Position numbers and translations under genes: made by a program
In this document: positions 47,268-53,884 of the stretch, piece by piece
Layout: each line of letters opens with the position of its first letter
How positions within the stretch are numbered: the first letter of the stretch is position 1
Source: Patescibacteria group bacterium
GTDB taxonomy: Bacteria > Patescibacteriota > Minisyncoccia > JACROR01
Length of the DNA stretch: 53,884 nt
Assembly (NCBI GenBank): GCA_038065295.1
Contig: JBBTRG010000006.1
Span: 1,596-55,479, forward strand
Direction of reading: 5' to 3'
The notes under the pieces: generated by a model
The model's database searches: none
Seen by the model: the letters and a program-made list of their open reading frames with translations, nothing else
Told to the model about the DNA's origin: nothing

Positions 47268-48905
47268 TCAATTTTCCTCCGCTAGATGTTGCATCGCGAA
47301 ATTGAGGTCGCCGCCCACTTTCTTGCGCGGATTGAAAACATTGTTGAAATCAAAAATCCGCTTGGTCTCCGCGAACAATCCGCAGATTTCTTTGCCATAC
47401 ATATCTTCTAAAAAAGGCGTGCGAATGAGGCCATCGTTGTGTTCCGCGGTAATGGATCCACCGTATTCCAACACCAATTTGTAAACTTTTTTTGACAATT
47501 CAGGAATAATGTCGCGGTTTTCTTTTTTGCTCAAATCCATAAGCGGAATAATATGAAAATTCCCGTCTCCGACATGCCCGGCAATGGTATAAATCAGACC
47601 GGGATATTCTTTCAAAACTAGATCCAGCTTGGGAAAAAATTCCGGCAAATACTCCGGCCGTACTATGAAATCGTCAATAAAGGGCGCGGTACGCTTGCCT
47701 TTTATATGATGACGAAGCAAATTAAAGCTCTCGTGTCTGATTGTGAAATATTTGGCTATTTCTTGAGGCCGTTTGGCAATGCTCATTTTTATGCCCAAAT
47801 CGCGTAACTCCTTTTCCGCCGCTTCTGCGCGCGACACCACCTCCTCCCCGGAGTCACCCGTAAACTCAACCAAAACAATGAGTTTCGGCAATCCACCGAA
47901 AATAAGCATTTTAAATTCCGGCCAAAACTGCAAACCCAATGACACGATATTCAATCCCATCAATTTTACGAATCCCCAGAAATATCGTAATGCTATGGCC
48001 AAAGTGTGATCGTCAAAAGATTCCAGGCTTTCCGGATTGTGCTTCAATACGCGCCCGACCATCTCCGTCAAAGGCTTCAAATCTTTCAAAAAAACCACCA
48101 AAAGCGCCGAATGTTCTTTAGGCTTAACCAGGCGAAATTTAATTTCCGTGATAATACCGAGCGTCCCTTGCGATCCCGTAAAAAGTCGCGTCAAATCAAA
48201 TAATTTTTTGTCCCAGACATTCCAAAGATAATAGCCGGCGGAATTCTTAGAAACTTTGGGGCGGGCATTCTCTAATTTTTCGTAATTGTCATTTATAAGT
48301 TTAAATATGCGCCGATACGCCTCACCCTCGTAATCTCCCTGGCGCATTTTAGCTTCCAGCCCATCTTTGGAAAGCGGCTTCAAAATATACTCTTTGCCGT
48401 CAGCCAAAACCGCCTTCAATTCCATCACATATTTTTCCGTCTTGCCATAAACTAGACTTTTTTCTCCGCCCGCATTATTGCCCACCATGCCACCTACGGC
48501 GCATAAATCCTTGGAAGCCGGATACGAAGGCATCAACCGCCCTCTTTTCAAAGTTTCCTTTTCAAAATCGCGATAAAAAACTCCGGGCTCCACTACGGCA
48601 AAGTCATCATTTATTTCTTTGATGCGATTCATGTGCCGTGTAAAATCCAAAACTATGGATTCGGACAAAGCGCCGCCGTCCATGCCGCTTCCGCCCGCGC
48701 GGCAAGTGAGAGATAATTTTTCTGCCGGATGATTGTTTATAAATTTAACGAGATTACCGATATCCTCGGAATCTTTGGGAAAAATCACCAAACACGGCTT
48801 CACTTCAAACAAGCTCGCATCGCGGCTATACGGCTTTAATATAGAAGCGTCCTCTTCCACCTCACCCCGGACAATTTGTTTTAAACTTTCCGTTAAATCA
48901 GACAT
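47268..48905 (-). CDS. FAD-binding oxidoreductase (GlcD / D-lactate dehydrogenase family)
   Basis: YSRDAS, RAGGSG, GGMVGNNAGG, GSQGTLGII, GHVGDGNFH, AEHNDG, NVFNP.K. Confidence 0.9.
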   Translation of the reverse strand: MSDLTESLKQIVRGEVEEDASILKPYSRDASLFEVKPCLVIFPKDSEDIGNLVKFINNHPAEKLSLTCRAGGSGMDGGALSESIVLDFTRHMNRIKEINDDFAVVEPGVFYRDFEKETLKRGRLMPSYPASKDLCAVGGMVGNNAGGEKSLVYGKTEKYVMELKAVLADGKEYILKPLSKDGLEAKMRQGDYEGEAYRRIFKLINDNYEKLENARPKVSKNSAGYYLWNVWDKKLFDLTRLFTGSQGTLGIITEIKFRLVKPKEHSALLVVFLKDLKPLTEMVGRVLKHNPESLESFDDHTLAIALRYFWGFVKLMGLNIVSLGLQFWPEFKMLIFGGLPKLIVLVEFTGDSGEEVVSRAEAAEKELRDLGIKMSIAKRPQEIAKYFTIRHESFNLLRHHIKGKRTAPFIDDFIVRPEYLPEFFPKLDLVLKEYPGLIYTIAGHVGDGNFHIIPLMDLSKKENRDIIPELSKKVYKLVLEYGGSITAEHNDGLIRTPFLEDMYGKEICGLFAETKRIFDFNNVFNPRKKVGGDLNFAMQHLAEEN

Positions 48906-48990
48906 TTTTTTATAAAATAATGCTTATTACTAAATATAATACGCTAAACAGCTAAAAACCAGCCATATTTATGCTTATTTCCCCCGCCTA

Positions 48991-49019
48991 TTGACTTTTT
49001 ATTAAATAAATAATATAAT
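48991..49019 (+). promoter_or_regulatory. Near-consensus sigma70 promoter
   Basis: TTGACT (48991-96), 17 nt, TATAAT (49014-19). Confidence 0.8.
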
Positions 49020-49069
49020 ATAAGAGAATTTAACAGTAGGCCATTAACAACCATATTAGGAGAATGATC

Positions 49070-49225
49070 ATGACAACCACGGCCATCGCCCTTATAGCGT
49101 TCGCGCTGGGACTCTTTGTGGCGAAAATCATTTACGGAGTGCAATTGCACCGCCGCGAATCTGAAAGAGTGTCCGAGCCGCACGCGCCCATCAGAACACT
49201 GGACGACCTGGACACTCGCCGATAA
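49070..49225 (+). CDS. 51-aa single-TM small protein (absent from the ORF track)
   Basis: MTTTAIALIAFALGLFVAKIIYGVQLHRRESERVSEPHAPIRTLDDLDTRR; AGGAG 7 nt upstream; own promoter and terminator. Confidence 0.7.
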   Translation: MTTTAIALIAFALGLFVAKIIYGVQLHRRESERVSEPHAPIRTLDDLDTRR

Positions 49226-49244
49226 CTCGCCAATAAATAACGGC

Positions 49245-49277
49245 AAAAAGGCGGACTTACAAATAGTCCGCTTTTTT
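49245..49277 (+). terminator. Rho-independent terminator
   Basis: GCGGACT-TACAAAT-AGTCCGC followed by TTTTTT. Confidence 0.8.
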
Positions 49278-49313
49278 ATTTTTGCTTAAATAAATAACCG
49301 AAACCGGCTGCCA

Positions 49314-49393
49314 TTGCCGAAATTTATTTTGTATATTAAAATGGCATCAAAAGTATCTTTGACAATGCCAAAATAATGCGCTGAAAAGGAGGT
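49314..49393 (+). promoter_or_regulatory. Promoter, boxA-like motif and strong SD of the GH57 unit
   Basis: TTGCCG-17-TAAAAT (49314-42); GTATCTTTGACAAT (49353-66); AAGGAGGT just before ATG 49399. Confidence 0.6.
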
Positions 49394-49398
49394 GCTTC

Positions 49399-50580
49399 AT
49401 GAAAATGAACAAAGTAAAAAATGTTATCTATATCGTATTGGGACTGCACGCGTATCAGCCGCCCACGCAACGGCCAAACATCACAAAACAAATCAATGAA
49501 GAATCTTATGCCCAAGTGGCTCAAGCACTCATGCGGGCTCCGGAAGGCGCAGTTATCTGCGCGGACATAGCGTTGAGCCTATTGGAACAATTGGAAAAAC
49601 TGGGATGCCAGGAAACTATTTCATTGTTCAAACAATGCGTGGCATCTGGCAAACTCCATCTGGTGAACACAGCGGCATACCATCCGCTTTTACCGCTGGT
49701 ACCGGACTATTATATCCAAAGACAGCTTTCCAAAAATGTCGCGGGATATGAAAAATTTTTAGGCGTAGACGCCAAAAAAATAACAGGATTATTCCCTCCG
49801 GAAATGGCATTCTCCGAACGGATTATAGAACCGGTAAAGTCGGTCGGAACATCTTGGATGGTAGTGGATGACACCGCTTTCTGCACATACCACCGCCAAA
49901 GCCCGCCGTACAACAAGATCATCAAAAAATCCGGCGTGCATGTATTCTTGATGAGCCACAACTGGCACAAGATTGCCGCTTACAGCGACATTCAAGACGG
50001 AAGAAATTTTCTGAACGCCCTGCATTACGGATACCGAATGTGGACGGGAAGTTCGCAGCCGGCGTATATCGTGCTCTGGATGGACTGGGAGACTTTCGGA
50101 CATCACGACCGGAAGCCCAACCCACCGCAAGACAGAATACGGAATTTCCTTACGCCATTTTTGCAAACAGCCGTGTATGACGAACGCTTTCAGTTGGCTA
50201 CTCCGGAAGAGCTCATATCATCTTTTCCGGCCATTGAGAATGTTTTCATTCCGGACGGCAGCTGGTCAACTTCAAGCGCAGATTACTCAAACGGCATAGC
50301 ATGGCCGCTATGGCTCAACCCGCAACACAAATTCCATACCATCTGGTGGAATTTGGCCAACTATACCTTGAGCGTATTGGGAACTACTGATAATAAAGAG
50401 CTGGAAAACCTTATAGACCAAGCTCTTTATTCCTGCCAGCCATGGCAATGGGTGAATGGCAACGGTGAAATTGCCAAAGAAGGCTTACAAATTTTTGAAG
50501 CTATATTTAAACACTATTCCATATCGGTAGGCATCAAAGAACGAGGCATGGAACTTATCAATAAAATAAGGATCGCGTGA
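49399..50580 (+). CDS. Glycoside hydrolase family 57 protein (alpha-amylase/amylopullulanase-like)
   Basis: LHAYQPP, ESY, YHPLLPL, G.FPPEMAFS (nucleophile Glu), D.ETFGHH (acid/base Asp), GSWS, SC..W. Confidence 0.88.
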   Translation: MKMNKVKNVIYIVLGLHAYQPPTQRPNITKQINEESYAQVAQALMRAPEGAVICADIALSLLEQLEKLGCQETISLFKQCVASGKLHLVNTAAYHPLLPLVPDYYIQRQLSKNVAGYEKFLGVDAKKITGLFPPEMAFSERIIEPVKSVGTSWMVVDDTAFCTYHRQSPPYNKIIKKSGVHVFLMSHNWHKIAAYSDIQDGRNFLNALHYGYRMWTGSSQPAYIVLWMDWETFGHHDRKPNPPQDRIRNFLTPFLQTAVYDERFQLATPEELISSFPAIENVFIPDGSWSTSSADYSNGIAWPLWLNPQHKFHTIWWNLANYTLSVLGTTDNKELENLIDQALYSCQPWQWVNGNGEIAKEGLQIFEAIFKHYSISVGIKERGMELINKIRIA

Positions 50581-50583
50581 AAT

Positions 50584-50820
50584 ATGGAACAAGTTACTTT
50601 TTGGATGATTGTGATAAGCGGATTACTGCCCGTGGCATATATGGCAACCTTGAATAAATTTCCTATATTATGCCAAATGGTGATATTGTATGCCGCTATT
50701 TATACAGCCATACCCATCATGCTAACGCACGCAAAACTGCCTCATGCGGCAATGATAGCCCCGCCAATTGGAGGAATAACCGCGCTTGTGCTGTATTTTT
50801 TAATACCACCGCGCGTATAA
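50584..50820 (+). CDS. Small hydrophobic membrane protein (~3 TM)
   Basis: 78 aa, starts 3 nt after the GH57 stop, followed by a terminator. Confidence 0.6.
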   Translation: MEQVTFWMIVISGLLPVAYMATLNKFPILCQMVILYAAIYTAIPIMLTHAKLPHAAMIAPPIGGITALVLYFLIPPRV

Positions 50821-50825
50821 ACATA

Positions 50826-50854
50826 AAACTCCGGACTAAATGTCCGGAGTTTTT
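50826..50854. terminator. Bidirectional rho-independent terminator
   Basis: AAAACTCCGGAC-TAAAT-GTCCGGAGTTTT between convergent genes. Confidence 0.85.
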
Positions 50855-50882
50855 TTATTGACTGACTCGTCTTTAATTTCTT

Positions 50883-52622
50883 TTAAAACAAATCTTTTAT
50901 CCTATCAATTCCCGCCTTTAAATACCCTTCCATTTTTTTCGTATTTTCCTGCAATTTATCAAGCATAAATTTTATATTGGCCGGATTGTCCGTCTGATAA
51001 AACTTTGCCAATTTATCTACATCATCGCTAATCATCTTAAAAACTTTGGCCAAATCATTCTCGGCGGCAAGAGTACGCAAAGCAATTTTTTTCTGCCTGT
51101 TTTTATAAAACCAAACTCCGCCGCCAAAACCCGCGAATATTATAATCACAAGCAAAATAAGCGCTCCTCCCCTGCCCAACTGAAATATTCCAATCTGAAT
51201 TATGGGTTTTGATTTTACTTGTATCTCGGATGATGCGATCTCCAAACTTAAAGCGCCGCGCGCGTCCTGACTATGCACCAAAACTACATAATTTCCATTT
51301 CTCAACGGCTCGTCAAAAGTAAATTCCCAATTGCCCTTGTCGTCTGCCTGCGCGGCTCCTTTCGCGGCGACTTCACCCTTACCGTCTAATGTCTGCCGCA
51401 CCTGCAACAAAATGTTTATGTTTGGCAAAGCGGTACCCTTGACGGTCAATCCGCGCGCTTCTTCCAAAAAAAGTTCTGTCGTAACAAAAGTAATGACAGG
51501 CGATGAGATAGGAAGAATGTCCAACACAATATCGTCCCCAATGCCATTATCCGCCAGGTCAATCGCCTTGACTGCCACATTGCGAACGCCGGGCGTCTGC
51601 AACGGCAATGTGAATATTCCGGAAAAATCTTTTGCCGGAATTACAATCAAATCGCCATCGCCTATGCGCACCTGGTATTCTTTCAAATCGGAAAGTGTGT
51701 CATGCGTATGGAATTCAAGTATCGGAGCAGGATTATCAGTGGTTTCTCCTTCCAATGCTTTTATTTCAAAAGGAAGCGGCGGCTCCGTATCAATGGCAAT
51801 GCGATAATTGGCGACCGGACCCCAGCCAATATTATTTTTAAACTGCGCGTGCACATACCAGACGCCGTCCTGCGTGATAGCCGGAAAAATCTTACTGTCA
51901 AAAAGTCCTTCGGATTTAACCGCTGAATAAGAAATATTGCGGTTTAGCGCCGTGCTGACATCCGACACATCGGCAGATAAGTCCCAGCTTACCAAAAAAT
52001 TAGAAACATTATTATACCATTGCGCAGGATCGGGGTAAGACGGGATCGCAATAATCGCTTTGGCCGGCAATCTCGCCGACGGAACAGCCGAACGCACAAT
52101 CTGCGGAGTCGTCGGCACCAATTCCTGTCGGGAAACGCTCTCAACCTCAAGTCCTCTCATAACCGAGAGCACATTGGTGCCGCTGCCATCGCTTGCCGTA
52201 ATCGCGCCATCCGTAAATACAAAAGTTGCCCTGCCAGCACCTTTGACGCGAAAACTCACATCCACCACATGGAGAGATTTGCCAGCAATTCCAGAACTTG
52301 AACCGCCTATAAAAGTAACTGATCCGCCATCATTGGAAAAAGACGGCTCTTCCAGCCAAAAATTAAAAACCGAGCCATCCTTAGAAATGCCGGTCGCCTC
52401 TAAAATATCCTTGGGAAATTGTAATACCGCCTGAGCCGCATTTATACCCGCGCCTTCGCTGTCCATTTTTAGAGACACCTTCAAAGTGTCGCCAATAACC
52501 GCGGAATCTTTATCAGACACCATATAAAAAGTGGCGGCCGATGCATTATCAAAAGATGCCAGCCAGATCACGGACGCAAATAATATCGGCAAAAAATGAG
52601 TCCGAGATAAACGCTGTTTCAT
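50883..52622 (-). CDS. Cohesin-domain surface protein with Ig-like domains and C-terminal membrane anchor
   Basis: Signal peptide; cohesin-like GD...V.L.MD..G.GINAAQ..L.FP.D.L...S..GSVF..W..EP......G.V.F.GG; Ig-like G.WY.H, IDTEPP, AD..GNW.F..PL.NG.Y; C-terminal TM plus coiled tail. Confidence 0.78.
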   Translation of the reverse strand: MKQRLSRTHFLPILFASVIWLASFDNASAATFYMVSDKDSAVIGDTLKVSLKMDSEGAGINAAQAVLQFPKDILEATGISKDGSVFNFWLEEPSFSNDGGSVTFIGGSSSGIAGKSLHVVDVSFRVKGAGRATFVFTDGAITASDGSGTNVLSVMRGLEVESVSRQELVPTTPQIVRSAVPSARLPAKAIIAIPSYPDPAQWYNNVSNFLVSWDLSADVSDVSTALNRNISYSAVKSEGLFDSKIFPAITQDGVWYVHAQFKNNIGWGPVANYRIAIDTEPPLPFEIKALEGETTDNPAPILEFHTHDTLSDLKEYQVRIGDGDLIVIPAKDFSGIFTLPLQTPGVRNVAVKAIDLADNGIGDDIVLDILPISSPVITFVTTELFLEEARGLTVKGTALPNINILLQVRQTLDGKGEVAAKGAAQADDKGNWEFTFDEPLRNGNYVVLVHSQDARGALSLEIASSEIQVKSKPIIQIGIFQLGRGGALILLVIIIFAGFGGGVWFYKNRQKKIALRTLAAENDLAKVFKMISDDVDKLAKFYQTDNPANIKFMLDKLQENTKKMEGYLKAGIDRIKDLF

Positions 52623-53884
52623 TTTTTGATGGTTTTCATAAAAATACTAAAATCCGACAGATTGATTTTACCGTCATCGTTTAGATCAATGCTCATATCC
52701 ATTTCTTTCCCGCGCGCTCTCCAGCGCGCTAAAAATATGCTCCAATCGTTTATATTTATTATACCATTATTATTCAAATCCGCCTTGGGAAAAAATAATT
52801 GCGACACCGTAAAAGTCTGCCGTGTGGAAAAGTCGCTTATCACGCCGCCGGCGTCTTTCTGCCTCGCCTGCATGACATGCGCGCCAAACTCCAAATCCGC
52901 AGTGGGTATCAAAATTTTATAAAATCCCGACGCATCCGCCTGCGCCGCGGCATTCACCGGCCAACCGTCCAATTCAAACTCCACCGCGCTTTCAGGCGCG
53001 GCATATCCCAATACGGTCAAAACGTCGCCTTTGCGCACCGCAGTGCGCAAAAAACCCATAGTAGGGGGCACGAAAAGATTTTCCGCCACCAGTTGATTGT
53101 TCTCCAGCAGATTCACCGTAAACGGCCAGATTCCGGTCTTGCGACCATCTGTGTCTTTTGCACGCAAAGCGAAAAAATATTCCCCTCCCAAAAGCGCGGA
53201 AAACCGCGCCTGAAAATCGCCTTCCTCTGAAAATGCGTATAATACATCCGGAACATTGCGATAAACTTCATCCACCCTGCTTTTCCTCAAAACCTCCAAA
53301 GAGCTTTGCGGATAAGATCGTCCAGAAAACAAGATCAAAGTAGGTTGTTGTGCGCCGGAACTAGGTGGCGACTCCACCACCAAAAGCGGACATCTGTCGT
53401 AAGTACTGAATACCGTGCCATTTTTGGTCACCCGAAAACTATATCTCTGTAGAAATGCAGCATCATTCGGCAACCTCAAAGACCATTCTAATTCCATGGA
53501 TTTGTTTTTTGGCAAATACAGCCGAGTGGCGGGATTGCTGGCATTCAAAATGCTTCCGGCAACAAACGGTCCGGAAACAATCTGTTTAGTGGTCACGTCT
53601 CCATCATGAAAATGCAAAGTATCCTGCAACATTACGGATCCGCTCGTAGAAGCGACCGACGACCAAATTCCGTTGTCGCATCCCTCGCCCTCCTTAAATT
53701 CCAAAAGCGCATCCACCAAACTGTTGTCGGCCGTTGCGTCAAAACCTATGCGTAGCCGGAAAACCGATCCGCGCGGCACATCGGTGACATTTACATCGGG
53801 CGCCGCGTTACGTATGCCTAAACCGCTCGCGGATACCTCCGTTCCGTCATCATCGCGAAACCAAAAATTCGTCTGATGCAAAAG
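52619..53884 (-). CDS. Dockerin-domain protein with Ig-like domains (5'-truncated at the window end)
   Basis: C-terminal duplicated EF-hand-like ADLNNNGIININDWSIFL...DLNDDGKINLSDFSIFM. Frame is open to the window end. Stop overlaps the cohesin gene start (ATGA). Confidence 0.78.
   Translation of the reverse strand, partial: LLHQTNFWFRDDDGTEVSASGLGIRNAAPDVNVTDVPRGSVFRLRIGFDATADNSLVDALLEFKEGEGCDNGIWSSVASTSGSVMLQDTLHFHDGDVTTKQIVSGPFVAGSILNASNPATRLYLPKNKSMELEWSLRLPNDAAFLQRYSFRVTKNGTVFSTYDRCPLLVVESPPSSGAQQPTLILFSGRSYPQSSLEVLRKSRVDEVYRNVPDVLYAFSEEGDFQARFSALLGGEYFFALRAKDTDGRKTGIWPFTVNLLENNQLVAENLFVPPTMGFLRTAVRKGDVLTVLGYAAPESAVEFELDGWPVNAAAQADASGFYKILIPTADLEFGAHVMQARQKDAGGVISDFSTRQTFTVSQLFFPKADLNNNGIININDWSIFLARWRARGKEMDMSIDLNDDGKINLSDFSIFMKTIKK

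Noticed and set aside
48944-49246. 100-aa minus-strand ORF in the ORF track
   Set aside because: It is antisense to a better-supported 51-aa ORF that has a promoter, SD and terminator.
1-53884. Alternative genetic code (TGA = Gly or Trp)
   Set aside because: Conserved genes are full length under code 11, and several end in TGA with ATGA overlaps (e.g. rseP/proS, deacylase/ftsW).

Overview
Chromosomal segment of a small-genome bacterium. Gene content, short intergenic spaces and large GNVGIGTT-repeat, cohesin and dockerin surface proteins suggest Patescibacteria/CPR (Parcubacteria-like). This is an inference from content only. TGA acts as a stop, so the code is standard code 11. Most of the window is housekeeping: a fragmented dcw cluster (mraZ-rsmH-ftsL-like-ftsI-murF, ftsW-murG, mraY, murA), mreB-mreC-mreD-pbp2 plus a second mreB, four tRNA synthetases (cysS, gltX, lysS, proS), dnaB, recR, holB-like, scpAB, rplU/rplI/rpmA, frr, greA, rseP and tRNA-Glu(CTC). 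The most unusual signals are: (1) a RAYT-type HUH/Y1 transposase bracketed by two perfect 44-46 bp palindromes, with a third half-copy in frame inside the neighbouring gene; (2) a second family of 21-nt-period GCCTGCC...GGCAGGC hairpins inserted in frame in three unrelated proteins, including the RecR zinc finger; (3) a fibre-like surface protein with two peptidase-S74 chaperone domains whose variable modules are separated by a DNA-level conserved ~22-bp junction; (4) an inverted, hairpin-interrupted copy of the tRNA-Glu 3' end; (5) a split AddB/Cas4-like nuclease with a slippery heptamer at the break; (6) an adjacent cohesin and dockerin gene pair; (7) DnaA-box/MraZ-type repeats at the dcw promoter; (8) orphan genes with promoter, boxA-like motif, SD and terminator set among apparently leaderless core genes. 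All calls come from reading the sequence; no database searches were run.
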